Numbered from the stretch's first letter, positions 37,149 to 47,632 are shown. The stretch is 64,000 bases of DNA from Dehalococcoidia bacterium (GCA_963662435.1 OY759598.1:2636507-2700506); one strand, 5' to 3'. Made by a program: numbers and translations. Notes: generated by a model not told the origin, from the letters alone.

Positions 37149-38864
37149 ATGTTGACTGTCCTACGATTCGGAATCGGACTGGTACCTCTCTTCTTGCTGC
37201 TCGCGTGCGGTCCATCGGATGTGGAGCCAGCCACGGGCGAGGTAAACGTTCTTACTCTCCACTACTGGCAGGCACCTTCGGTGCCCAGTCCCTACCGGTC
37301 GGGCGGTTACAAGGACCTCGACGCCGCCGCGATCACCCTGGAACCTCTCGCCAAGTATGATCCGGACGGCAATATCATTCCCACGCTTGCCGTCGAAGTC
37401 CCGACCATTGGAAACGGCGGCTTCTCTCCGGACCTCATGTCCATCAGATGGAAGCTCAAGGAGGGCCTGAAGTGGTCTGACGGCAAGGACGTCACCGCCG
37501 AGGACGTTGTCTTCACCTGGCTGTATTGCAGCGACGAGGAGACCGGCTGCACCGCGAAAAGCTCGTTCGACGGTATCGCATCGGTCCAGGCATTGGACGA
37601 CCTCACCGTGCAAATCAATTTTATTGAGCCCACGCCTTTTCCCTACCTTGCATTCGTCGGCAGCGGAACGCCCATCATCAGTGAAGAGCAGTTCGGTGAC
37701 TGCATCGGCTCATCCGCCTCGTCCCCGGACTGCAAGGAACTGTACAGCATGCCGCTGGGGACGGGTCCCTTCCGCATTACGAGCTTCAAGGCGAGCGGTC
37801 GGATCGCATATGAGCGCAATCCTCACTACCACGGCAATGCCCCCTACTTTGACAGGATAGTCGTCAAGAGCGGCGGCGATGCCACTGCCGCGGCTCGCAC
37901 CGTCCTGGAAAAGAAGGATGCCGACTTCGCCTGGAACACGCAGGTCGATCCCGAGACTCTCACCGAGATGCAGGAGGCAGGACTGGGCACGTTGGCGGTT
38001 GCGTACACGAGCCTGGTAGAACGCATCGTCGTGAACCAAACGAACCCCGATCCTGCGCTCGGCGACAATCGCTCGGAGCATCTCGACGGGAACAACCCCC
38101 ATCCCTTCCTCTCCTTCAAGCCCATTCGCCAAGCCATGTCCCTCGCCATAGACCGTGAGCAGATTGCGAGTGACCTCTACGGATTCGCAGGGAAGCCGAC
38201 CTGCGACCTGATCACCGGGCCTCCCATTTACGTATCGAGGGCCAACGATTCCTGTCTGACGCAGGACATCGAAGCGGCCAACAGCCTTCTCGATGAGAAC
38301 GACGTCGTCGACACGGACGGTGACGGCATACGCGAGCACGAAGGCACGCCGCTTAAGATCACCTTCCAGACATCAACAAACTCCATTCGGCAGGACACGC
38401 AGGCCCTGATTCGTGACTGGTGGAAGGAGATCGGCATCGAGACCGAGCTCATTGACCACGATGCCGGGGCATTCTTCGGGGACGACCCCTCGGATGCCTC
38501 ATATCGCCGGTTCTTCGCGGACGTGCAGATGTTCGCTTCCGGCACGGGGATTGATCCCCAGCAGGACCTGTCGAACCTACTTTGCAGGCACATCCCGACA
38601 CGGGAGAACAACTGGGCGCTCAGCAACTTCGCCCGTTCGTGTGATCCTGATTTTGACGCGCTCTACGCCCAGCTCGAGCGGACAGAGATCGGTCGCGAGC
38701 GGGAGGACACCGTAAAGCGGCTGAATGACCTCCACGTGCAGAACTACTTCGAGATTCCCCTCATCAACCGCGGCTTCGTCTCGGCGCACCTCAACACGCT
38801 GAAGGGATTCCGCATCAACGGCTGGGACAGCGAACTTTGGAACATCGGGGAGTGGCACCGATAG
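37149..38864 (+). CDS. peptide/oligopeptide ABC transporter substrate-binding lipoprotein (orphan)
   Basis: Lipobox LLACG, KWSDG..TAEDV.FT, GTGPF, RQAMSLAIDR. Confidence 0.9.
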   Translation: MLTVLRFGIGLVPLFLLLACGPSDVEPATGEVNVLTLHYWQAPSVPSPYRSGGYKDLDAAAITLEPLAKYDPDGNIIPTLAVEVPTIGNGGFSPDLMSIRWKLKEGLKWSDGKDVTAEDVVFTWLYCSDEETGCTAKSSFDGIASVQALDDLTVQINFIEPTPFPYLAFVGSGTPIISEEQFGDCIGSSASSPDCKELYSMPLGTGPFRITSFKASGRIAYERNPHYHGNAPYFDRIVVKSGGDATAAARTVLEKKDADFAWNTQVDPETLTEMQEAGLGTLAVAYTSLVERIVVNQTNPDPALGDNRSEHLDGNNPHPFLSFKPIRQAMSLAIDREQIASDLYGFAGKPTCDLITGPPIYVSRANDSCLTQDIEAANSLLDENDVVDTDGDGIREHEGTPLKITFQTSTNSIRQDTQALIRDWWKEIGIETELIDHDAGAFFGDDPSDASYRRFFADVQMFASGTGIDPQQDLSNLLCRHIPTRENNWALSNFARSCDPDFDALYAQLERTEIGREREDTVKRLNDLHVQNYFEIPLINRGFVSAHLNTLKGFRINGWDSELWNIGEWHR

Positions 38865-39106
38865 GGGTTCCGCGAAGCACAATGGCGAGCGACTATCGTG
38901 GTCGAGGCCGGTTGACTGCGGGGGATGTGAGGGCCGTTGTCCGTTAGGGGCACTGCTTCGGAAATGGGGCATTCTCTCAGTCATGTGGACGCAGATTGGC
39001 AGTTCTCGCTCGACGATTTACGCGGCTTTTGAGGCGGGATTTCCGGCTCAAGCGACTTCCAAACTGATGTGATAAGGTAGGTCATCGGAAGGCACTCAAT
39101 TTCGCG

Positions 39107-40300
39107 ATGGATGACCCGGATCACCAAATAGAGGTAGACGGCGTTTGGAAGGTCTTTGGCAACGACCCCGAGCGCGCCCTGAGTTCGGAGTACGACCCAA
39201 AGAGCCGCGCCGAGATCCAAGAGGAACTGGGTCTCGTCGTCGGGCTGCGTGATGTGTCCTTCACTGTCGACCCGGGAGAGATCTTCGTGGTCATGGGTCT
39301 CTCCGGGAGTGGAAAGTCTACCCTGGTCCGCTGCCTCATCAGGCTGATCGAGGCAACGAAGGGGCAAGTGCGCTTCGACGGCGAGGACGTGATGACCTAC
39401 TCGCCCGACCAGCTCATGGAGTTCCGTCGGAGCAAGGTCGCCATGGTGTTCCAGCACTACGCGCTTCTGCCGCACCGACAAGTGCTCGACAACGTTGCAT
39501 ACGGTCTTGAGATCCAAGGCATGGACAAGGCCGCTCGATACAAGGAAGCGTCGCAGGCTATCGAGACCGTGGGGCTCAAGGGATGGGAGGACTACTATCC
39601 AAGCGAAATGAGCGGAGGGATGCAACAGAGGGTTGGCCTCGCCAGAGCGCTGGCGGTGAACCCCGATGTACTGCTCATGGACGAGCCATTCAGCGGACTC
39701 GACCCGCTGATACGGCGGGAGATGCAGGACGAGCTAGTCTCACTGCAGGACGAGCTTCAAAAGACCATCGTCTTCATTACGCACGACCTGAACGAGGCCC
39801 TCAAACTGGGGGATCGCATCGCCATCATGCGAGACGGGGAGATTATCCAGGAGGGTTCGCCCGAGGAAATCGTGACGCTGCCGACCGATGGGTACGTAAC
39901 CGAGTTCGTGCGGGACGTTTCCCGGGGTAAGGTCATCCAGGCGAAGGCGATCATGCGTGAACCGGACGCGGTAGTGTACGAGTGGCAGGGCCCTCGCGCG
40001 GCGCTGCGAACCATGGACACGCACGACCGGGACGCCATGTTCCTGATAGCGCGCAACTTCACGCTTCGAGGAATTCTCACCGAGGAGAGAGCGAACGTAT
40101 TGGCGAGCGAGCGCAAGCAGACATTGGAGGGAGCCGAGGTCGCCCCGGCTTTAACCACGAGCCCCGAGACTTACATCGAAGACATCATCCCCATAGCGGC
40201 AAAGTCCCGACACCCGATCGCGGTAGTTGGCGAGAACGGGAGCCTGCTGGGGGAGATCCGCAGGGGAGTTCTGCTTTCGGGCATGTCCAGCGACGCATAG
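39107..40300 (+). CDS. proV: glycine betaine/proline ABC transporter ATPase
   Basis: GLSGSGKST, SGGMQQR, LLMDEPFS, C-terminal CBS-like region. Confidence 0.92.
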   Translation: MDDPDHQIEVDGVWKVFGNDPERALSSEYDPKSRAEIQEELGLVVGLRDVSFTVDPGEIFVVMGLSGSGKSTLVRCLIRLIEATKGQVRFDGEDVMTYSPDQLMEFRRSKVAMVFQHYALLPHRQVLDNVAYGLEIQGMDKAARYKEASQAIETVGLKGWEDYYPSEMSGGMQQRVGLARALAVNPDVLLMDEPFSGLDPLIRREMQDELVSLQDELQKTIVFITHDLNEALKLGDRIAIMRDGEIIQEGSPEEIVTLPTDGYVTEFVRDVSRGKVIQAKAIMREPDAVVYEWQGPRAALRTMDTHDRDAMFLIARNFTLRGILTEERANVLASERKQTLEGAEVAPALTTSPETYIEDIIPIAAKSRHPIAVVGENGSLLGEIRRGVLLSGMSSDA

Positions 40301-40310
40301 GAGGATTCTC

Positions 40311-41378
40311 ATGATTGCCGAAGCACGGGACGCACGAGCCGGCTCGGGAACCTCATCTCTGCGCGCCCGACTAAACACCATGCCTCCCCTCTACCGTTGG
40401 GCAACAGGCCTGGCGGTCGTATTCGCAGTACTGCTGGTGTGCCTTCTAGTCTGGGGACCCCAGATGGAGTTCCCCACGACGGTTTCGTCTTCGGAAGTAG
40501 CAACCGACGGAGGTGGCTCTGTTACGCTTTCGAAGTCCGTCCGGCAGGTCACCGGAACCTGGATCGACGATCGAGTGGACTGGCTTACGCGCGAGGCCGA
40601 TTGGATGTTCGGCGGTCTCAGCTCCGGGGTCGCCTACTCGCTCATCAGAATCGAAGACGTGCTCAAATGGGTCCCATGGCCCGTAATCATCGTCGGCCTC
40701 GCGCTGGTCTCGTACGCCGTGGGGCGCTGGCTGTTAGCGGCATTTACGACAGGAGCGATGCTGTATTTCGGGTTCATGGGACTGTGGGAAAACACTATCG
40801 ACACGATCGCGCTGATGGTCGTTGCCGTCGTCATATCGGTGGCAATCGGACTGCCAATCGGGGTTATCGCGTCCCGGAACCGACTTGTAGACAACATCAT
40901 TCGTCCGATCCTCGACGCGATGCAGACGATGCCCAGCTTCGTGTACCTGCTTCCAGGGGTGTTGTTCTTCGGACTTGGAGCTCCGGCGGGAGTATTCGCC
41001 ACCATCATCTACGCCGTACCGCCGGTAATCCGTCTGACGAACCTTGGCATCAGGCAGGTATCCACCGAGGTGGTCGAGGCGGCCCGCTCGTTCGGCTCCT
41101 CTCCATTTCAGCTTCTCACCAAGGTACAGATTCCCATGGCACTGCCAACGATCATGGCAGGCATCAATCAGACGACGATGATGGCCCTGGCGATGGTGAC
41201 CATTGCCAGCATGGTGGCGGCGGGAGGACTGGGAGACAACGTGCTGCGCGCCTTGCAGAAGAACCAGCCCGGCAACGGCGCGATCGCTGGCCTCTCCATC
41301 GTTTTCCTAGCCATCATCATCGACCGCCTCACGCAGTCGGTCGCTCAAACACAAGAGGACACCCGCAGCGTCGGATAG
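40311..41378 (+). CDS. proW: glycine betaine/proline ABC transporter permease
   Basis: LDAMQTMPSFVYL, EAARSFG, GINQTTM. Confidence 0.92.
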   Translation: MIAEARDARAGSGTSSLRARLNTMPPLYRWATGLAVVFAVLLVCLLVWGPQMEFPTTVSSSEVATDGGGSVTLSKSVRQVTGTWIDDRVDWLTREADWMFGGLSSGVAYSLIRIEDVLKWVPWPVIIVGLALVSYAVGRWLLAAFTTGAMLYFGFMGLWENTIDTIALMVVAVVISVAIGLPIGVIASRNRLVDNIIRPILDAMQTMPSFVYLLPGVLFFGLGAPAGVFATIIYAVPPVIRLTNLGIRQVSTEVVEAARSFGSSPFQLLTKVQIPMALPTIMAGINQTTMMALAMVTIASMVAAGGLGDNVLRALQKNQPGNGAIAGLSIVFLAIIIDRLTQSVAQTQEDTRSVG

Positions 41379-41706
41379 CACTCCGATGAACCCGCCCCCG
41401 CCCTACGAATGGTACGGGCGGGTCAGAGTCGGACGGGAGAACAATGAAAGGAGGACGCGGGATGAAAACTCAATACGATAGCGCAAGGGCGATCATTGCG
41501 ATTGCCACCGTGATAGTCCTTCTCTGACGGGGCAAGCCAATGCCCTTGCGCCTTAAATACAGGCCCAAGAGTCCGGGCGATCGCATGAGGATGCACACGG
41601 CATAGCAGCGCTCCGCAGCATCCTCCATAGCTTACCTGAGGACCGTAGAGGCTTCGACCGCACCGGAGAACCAGCGAACAAGGAATATAGCGAAAGGAAA
41701 TGAAGC

Positions 41707-42819
41707 ATGAATCTCAAGATACTAGCAATAGTTGCAGCATTGCTCGCGACGATGACAGTCGCGTCAATCGCCTGCTCATCCGATCCGGAAGTCATCGTGA
41801 ATACCGTTGTGGTCGAGGTCACGGCCGTACCGGCTGAACCCGAGATCGTTGAGACGATAGTTGAGGTGACCCCAACTCCGGGTCCCAAGGAGACGATAGT
41901 CTTCTCGGACCTGAACTGGACGAGCGCGCAAGTACAAGACCGAGTCGCCCAGTACATCGTCGAGAAGGGATACGGCTACCCGACGGACGTAGTCTTCGGA
42001 GCCACGCTCCCTTTGTTCAACGGGCTGCGGAACGGCGATACCCACGTGACCATGGAGATCTGGCTGCCGAACCAGGATGAGGCGTGGATGGAAGCCCAGG
42101 CCGCAGGTGAGGTCGTCGCGATTGGCGAGAGCCTCGGCAAAGACTGGCAGTCCTCGTTCGTGATCCCGGCGTACCTTCAGGAGGAGCACCCGGACCTGGA
42201 CAGCGTGGATGACCTGAAAGACGACAAGTTCAAGGCGCTGTTCGCCTCTGCTGAGTCGGGCGGAAAGGCGCGCCTGGTGTCCTGCGTCATCGGCTGGGCG
42301 TGTGAAGAGGTCAACGCCAAGCAGATCGAGGGATACGGCCTGTCGGACCACATTCATATCGTCAACCCCGGTGACGGAGCGGCAGCGAACGCCGACCTCT
42401 ATGGCGCGTATGAAAGGAAGGAGCCGTGGCTCGGCTACCAGTGGGGCACCAATGACCCCGCCCTTATACTAGACCTTGTCAGGCTCAATGAGCCTGAGTA
42501 TAGCGACGAGTGCTGGTTCACTACCAAGGCATGCGCATACGAGGACGCTACGATTCTGATAGCAGTCCACCCGGACATTACATCGAGAGCGCCGGACGTC
42601 GTGGCCATGCTGCGAAACTGGGGTATGACTATAGAGGTCTACAAGAATGTCGCCAACTGGCAAAGTGATAACCCTGATGCCACCACAAACGATGCCGCCC
42701 TCTGGTGGTTGAAGGGGAACGAATCCACTTGGAGTGGCTGGGTAACCTCAGATGCCGCAGCTTCCATCTCGGCCGCTCTCGCAGCGAACGAGATTCCGGA
42801 CGGCTGGCCGACGGAGTAG
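41707..42819 (+). CDS. proX: glycine betaine ABC transporter substrate-binding lipoprotein
   Basis: Lipobox SIAC, NWTSA, MEIW, CVIGWAC. Confidence 0.85.
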   Translation: MNLKILAIVAALLATMTVASIACSSDPEVIVNTVVVEVTAVPAEPEIVETIVEVTPTPGPKETIVFSDLNWTSAQVQDRVAQYIVEKGYGYPTDVVFGATLPLFNGLRNGDTHVTMEIWLPNQDEAWMEAQAAGEVVAIGESLGKDWQSSFVIPAYLQEEHPDLDSVDDLKDDKFKALFASAESGGKARLVSCVIGWACEEVNAKQIEGYGLSDHIHIVNPGDGAAANADLYGAYERKEPWLGYQWGTNDPALILDLVRLNEPEYSDECWFTTKACAYEDATILIAVHPDITSRAPDVVAMLRNWGMTIEVYKNVANWQSDNPDATTNDAALWWLKGNESTWSGWVTSDAAASISAALAANEIPDGWPTE

Positions 42820-42928
42820 TTTCTTCTCTGTCCTCTGAGTGATCAAGGCTGGGGTGGGGCGACTCGCCCTCACCCTGGCCCTCGAATCTAAGCAACGACG
42901 GGGCGGGTTTGCAACCCGCCCCTACATA

Positions 42929-43070
42929 GGTTGTGTTGACAATTCTCGCTATTCCGCTTTCCCGTGTCATTCCGAGCGAGGCGAGGAATCTGAGATCTGT
43001 GCCTGTGCGATTTTTTTGGATTCTTCACTCCGCTCCGCTGCGTTCAGAATGACAGATTGTCAACACAGCC
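42929..43070. mobile_element. 142-bp MITE-like element enclosing an inverted REP family B pair
   Basis: TIRs GGTTGTGTTGACAAT / ATTGTCAACACAGCC flanked by TA on both sides; internal GTCATTCCGAG...GAATCT and GATTCTTC...CAGAATGAC. Confidence 0.7.
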
Positions 43071-43116
43071 TAGCGAAGTCTTCTTACCTGTCACTATTTT
43101 GATGTTGAGTCGCTAG

Positions 43117-43995
43117 CTACATCTTCTTGCCGGCAGTGTCGAACTGGCCGCCGCCACGGGAGGGCTCGAGCATCTCTTCCCTGGCCCTGGCTACAAGGTC
43201 GGGGAGGTGGTCGTCATTAGCCATGCGCTGTTCGAGGTGGACCATGCGCTGGGGACTGGCCGTCTCGACCATCTTCTCGCCGTAGGCGGTCTCCGTCCAG
43301 AAGCTCGCCAATCCCCCGATCTCCTTGCGGAGCTGGCCGATGTCCTCGGCCCGGTACCGCTCGGAGAAGTTGATGGTGAACATCCGGCGTCGGTCGCTTC
43401 CTCCCCACGATCCGTGCTTGATCGATTGATTGAAGATCAGCACGTCGCCGGGCACGGACTCGATAGCGTATGCCGGGACCTCGCTTCCGTGGAGGCCCCA
43501 GCGCTCTTCGGCATGGTTGACAGTGGACTGGGGAACGACCTGATGTACGCTATCCGCGAAACGGTCGCCCTGCCGGTGGGAGCCCGGAATCACACGCAGA
43601 CAGCCGGTATCCCTGGTGACAGTGTCGAGGTAGAAGGCGACCTTGATATTCATGTATTTCTGGGCGAAGTTGTCCGAGTGCCAGTTGGTGTCGCCCACGT
43701 AGAAATTTCCGTCGCTCGCCGTGTAGTTGTAGTCGGGACCCAACACGGCAGACGCGAAACCGTCGATCAGCGGGTGATCGATGAGGCTGCTCAGGTACTC
43801 GCTTCGGTCGATGAATGGGAGGATGGCCGAGCGCCGCCTAAAGTCATGGCCCTGCTCGTTGTGGCCGCCCCCGTGGGAATTCCAGACGCCCTCAAAGGCC
43901 TCTATGATCCGGTCGGCCTCTTCTCTGAACGCGCCGGGGAACCTGATGAATCCGAACGTGTCGAAGAAGGCGATTTGTTCCTTGGTTGGGGTCAT
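43117..43995 (-). CDS. phytanoyl-CoA dioxygenase family protein
   Basis: WHSD, GCLRVIPGSH, PGDV..HGS..RR. Confidence 0.9.
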   Translation of the reverse strand: MTPTKEQIAFFDTFGFIRFPGAFREEADRIIEAFEGVWNSHGGGHNEQGHDFRRRSAILPFIDRSEYLSSLIDHPLIDGFASAVLGPDYNYTASDGNFYVGDTNWHSDNFAQKYMNIKVAFYLDTVTRDTGCLRVIPGSHRQGDRFADSVHQVVPQSTVNHAEERWGLHGSEVPAYAIESVPGDVLIFNQSIKHGSWGGSDRRRMFTINFSERYRAEDIGQLRKEIGGLASFWTETAYGEKMVETASPQRMVHLEQRMANDDHLPDLVARAREEMLEPSRGGGQFDTAGKKM

Positions 43996-44487
43996 GGTGG
44001 CACCTCAGGAGGTTCATATTCACCGGGCTGGAATCGTGGCGCCAAGTATGCTTGGAGGCGTATGAATTGGCAAGAGGGGGCTGGGGTGGGGGAGGTGTCT
44101 CTCCCCCGGCGGGAGAAGAGGTATGCATCTGCCCACACCCCAGCCCACTCCCGCGAACGGTAGAGGGGGGCTCCATGCACCAGAACGCAACCCCGGCCCT
44201 GTCATTCTGAGCGGAGCGCAGCGCAGTCGAAGAATCTAACGTGTCTGTCCCACCGTAAAGCTGACATAGGGGTTCTTACGCTGTTTTCGCTCTTGGTCCC
44301 AATAGGAGCAGGGAACCGGCTGTCCGGTCTTGCGGTTATGGACTTTAGATTCCTCGCTACGCTCGGAATGACAGAGAGACGGGGCCGGATCACAGCCCAA
44401 AAGGCGTATCACTTACCCCTGTCAGCCACCGGTGGGGGGAGTTTGTGGGCGAGTTTATGGTGGTTACTGAGAACCCCGGGACTGTCA

Positions 44488-44769
44488 CCCTTCGACAGGC
44501 TCAGGGCGAACGGGGGCGCGGTAAAATGCTCAGGGCGAACGGGGGCGTTGGAATGCTCAGGACGAACGGGGGGCGCGGTGGACTGCTCTGGACGAACGGG
44601 GGCGTTGGAATGCTCTGGACGAACGGGGGCGCGTTGGAATGCTCTGGGCGAACGGGGGCGCTGGAATGCTCTGGACTAACGGGTACGTTGGAATGCTCTG
44701 GGCAAACGGGGGCGCTGGACTGCTCTTGACGAACGGGTGCGTTGGAATGCTCAGGGCGAACGGGGGGCC
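44488..44769. repeat. tandem array of about 10 units of 27-30 bp (GCTCWGGRCGAACGGGGGCGTTGGAAT)
   Basis: Units start at 44499, 44528, 44555, 44585, 44612, 44641, 44668, 44695, 44722 and 44749. Confidence 0.9.
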
Positions 44770-44788
44770 GTCCTAATCGGGACTACCT

Positions 44789-45379
44789 TTAGTTGCGCCC
44801 AATTACTCCGCAGGCTACGCGGGATCCGGTGTCGGACTCCTCTTCGCCATAGGCGTCGGGCTTTTCGTGGACGATGATGGCGGAACCGTCGGCGTCGAAG
44901 ACGGAGTGGCGTGGGCCACTATTCAGGGTGATGCCGGCGGTAAAGAAGTCAGCACGGGCGGAACCGTCGGAGGCGGCGTAGATATTGGGCAGGTCGCCGC
45001 CGTGCCCACCGGTAGCTTCTCCTCGCTTCCAGGTGGGGTGGATGAAGCCGTGCTCCGTTTCCTCAGGGTTGAAGTGATCGCCCGCGGCGCTAAAGTCGGG
45101 TGTGCATGAGCCGACCTCGTGAATGATAAAGGCGTGGCCGCCCTGGGCTAGTCCTTCTACTTCGGCCATGACCAGGACTCCCGTGGCAACTTGCTGGAAG
45201 GTAACGGTCCCCATCGAAACTCCGTCCGGAGATTCCAGTGCGGCCGTAGCCGTCAGGCCTACGGTACGTTGAGCCGCCTCGCCGGGTCGGACGACCAGCA
45301 CGAATAGGGCGGCGATAACTATGATCGCTATAGGCACCAAGAGAATAGCCAGGTCGAATCTTCTGGTCATATTGGTCAC
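44789..45379 (-). CDS. Cu/Zn superoxide dismutase family protein, membrane-anchored
   Basis: GDHFNP, HGGDLPNI, AIIVHE, RVACG; N-terminal TM. Confidence 0.88.
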   Translation of the reverse strand: MTNMTRRFDLAILLVPIAIIVIAALFVLVVRPGEAAQRTVGLTATAALESPDGVSMGTVTFQQVATGVLVMAEVEGLAQGGHAFIIHEVGSCTPDFSAAGDHFNPEETEHGFIHPTWKRGEATGGHGGDLPNIYAASDGSARADFFTAGITLNSGPRHSVFDADGSAIIVHEKPDAYGEEESDTGSRVACGVIGRN

Positions 45380-45888
45380 CTCCTCGGCTATGTTGGGCTA
45401 GAAACGGCCGAACCCTCAGCTTCTCCTGCTTGAGCTATGGGGCTGTTTCTCTCCTGCCGTGCGCGATCAGGAAGTTGAAGGGGGACTTTATGAGATTGTA
45501 TATCATAAGAGTCCATCAAGCTTTTTCTGCAGACGTAGTGGACAGTCAAAGTTTTGCAGGTTCCGGAAAGCCTGTCAAGAGACTCTAACGAGGCCAACTC
45601 TAGGGAAGATTTTGCCACGTGTAGGGGCTTTAAGGGGGCAGTCAGCTGACAGCGGTTAAGCAAGACCCGCAGCTCTATTGAGGTTATGCATTTCAACTTC
45701 TTTCCGGGGCAAGCAAACAGCGAGAGAAGAGGTCGAGAATTCACTGCGATTCCGGCGGTGAATGATGCTGGATTTGAAAGAGGCCGAGGTCCAGCATCCA
45801 GTGTCCTTTCTCTGAAGTCTGTTGTTCATAGCGGAGGGGTGTGTTCCGGGGAGGCGCCCTCACCCCCGTATCGAGTATGGGGCAGGCA

Positions 45889-47619
45889 CTAGCCACCATC
45901 GGCGCGGAGGGATGCGGTGGCGTTGGGGTCTATGGCGAGGGTTTCGGGGTCGATGACGACGCCGAACTCGCGGCGGACGTAGTCGATAGTGTAAATGCCG
46001 TTGCGGACGTCCTGAAGGACGAGTTCCGGGTCGCGTTCCATGGGATCGCCCCAGCCGCCGCCACTGGCCATGATGTGGTGGATGATGTCACCACGTTTCA
46101 TGCGGCCTACGCCCATGGGGGTGATGGTGTGCTCGTCGTCCCCGTCGGGATTTACGATGTTCCACGAGGACGACCCGGACTTGCCGCCGTGCAGTCCAAA
46201 GGCGCGGTTCCGCCGCTTGTCCGAGCGAAGCTGAAGGACTGCCTCGTCTTCAAGGAGGCGAACGTCGCGCACGATGGAGGGGGCGCCGCGGTACTTGCCG
46301 GGCCCGGCAGAGTCGGGGACGGCGCCGTATCGCTCGATCCGTACAGGCGTCTCGACCTCGGCGATTTCCACCGGTGTGTTGGCGCTGTTGCCGCCAGGAT
46401 GGGGGGTCCCAAACGGACCGTCGCCGTTCGGCCTGCCCCCGCGACTCCCTGCGAAGAGATCAACGAATGCGAACGGCTTGTGCTGTGCGTTGTAGCCGCC
46501 GATGCTTATGATGGTGTTTCCACCCTCGCCGTCTGCGGGTACGCGGTCGGGGACGGCCTTGGAGAGGGCACCCCACACGGCCTCCATGATGCGGTAGCCG
46601 ACGATACCGCGCGCGCCGCAGGGGGCGGGAAGGACGGGGTTGACCACCGTGGCCTCCGGGGAGGTGACCTTGATGGGGTGGTGGGAACCTGACGAGTTGG
46701 GAATCTCCGGGTCCATTATCTGGCGAATGCCGCCCCAGACCGACGACTCCGTGAATGGGAAGGGCGAATTGATGCCGGCCTTTACCTGCGGCGATGAGCC
46801 GGTGAAGTCGACGGCGATGCCGTCACCTTCAATGACCATCTTGAGGTTTATGGTGACATCCCCGGTCTCTATGTTGTCGCCGTCGATGTAGTGCGTGAAG
46901 TCGTACACGCCGTCGGGAAGCTCGCTTATCTCCTTGCGGACCCGGCGCTCGGAGTACTCAAGAATAGCGTTCATGTAGCGCCGTACTTCAGATGCCCCGT
47001 AACGTCCGACCAGATCGAGGAATTGCCGTTCTCCCAGCGTTGCCGCCGCGATCTCCGCGCGAATGTCGCCAAGCACCTTGTCGGGAACGCGGACGTTTGT
47101 GGCAAGGAGGTCGAACATCGTCTCATTGGCGACGCCCCGCTCGTAGAGCTTGGTGGTGGGGATCCGCAGGCCCTCCTGGTAGATCTCATGCGAGTTGGTG
47201 GAGTTGCTGCCGGGGACGAGGCCGCCGATGTCGGTCTGGTGGGCGACGGTGCAGGAGAAGCCCTGCAGTTCGTCCTCGGCGAACACCGGCTTGATAACGT
47301 ACACGTCGGGCAGGTGTATGCCGCCGGACGTGTAGGGGTCGTTCATGATGTAGATGTCGCCGGGGTAGATCCGCCCGTCGAACTTGCGGAGGATAGAGCG
47401 GACGGCACTGGGGAAGGAGCCGACGTGGAAGGCGATGGTTAGACCCATGGCGACGGTCTCGCCGTTGCGGTCGGCGAATCCGGTCGAGAAGTCCATGGCG
47501 TCCTTGACGATGCCGGAGTAGGCGGTTCGCAGGATCGTCAGGGCCATCTCATCGACGAGCGTGTCGAGTGCGTTGCGGATCACCTCAAATGTGACCGGTT
47601 CTATGTCTCGTGGCAGCAT
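45889..47619 (-). CDS. hydantoinase B / oxoprolinase family protein
   Basis: RTAYS..DFS, NDPY..GIHLPD, HQTDIGG, YQEG, GGGGWGDP. Confidence 0.93.
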   Translation of the reverse strand: MLPRDIEPVTFEVIRNALDTLVDEMALTILRTAYSGIVKDAMDFSTGFADRNGETVAMGLTIAFHVGSFPSAVRSILRKFDGRIYPGDIYIMNDPYTSGGIHLPDVYVIKPVFAEDELQGFSCTVAHQTDIGGLVPGSNSTNSHEIYQEGLRIPTTKLYERGVANETMFDLLATNVRVPDKVLGDIRAEIAAATLGERQFLDLVGRYGASEVRRYMNAILEYSERRVRKEISELPDGVYDFTHYIDGDNIETGDVTINLKMVIEGDGIAVDFTGSSPQVKAGINSPFPFTESSVWGGIRQIMDPEIPNSSGSHHPIKVTSPEATVVNPVLPAPCGARGIVGYRIMEAVWGALSKAVPDRVPADGEGGNTIISIGGYNAQHKPFAFVDLFAGSRGGRPNGDGPFGTPHPGGNSANTPVEIAEVETPVRIERYGAVPDSAGPGKYRGAPSIVRDVRLLEDEAVLQLRSDKRRNRAFGLHGGKSGSSSWNIVNPDGDDEHTITPMGVGRMKRGDIIHHIMASGGGWGDPMERDPELVLQDVRNGIYTIDYVRREFGVVIDPETLAIDPNATASLRADGG

Positions 47620-47632
47620 GGTGTGTACTCGT

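Noticed and set aside
44488..44769. CRISPR array
   Set aside because: Units are contiguous with no unique spacers, and no cas genes are present; it is a VNTR.
45390..45800. Structured ncRNA or riboswitch upstream of the sodC-like gene
   Set aside because: Long and relatively AT-rich, but I could not recognise any family motif or convincing long stems.
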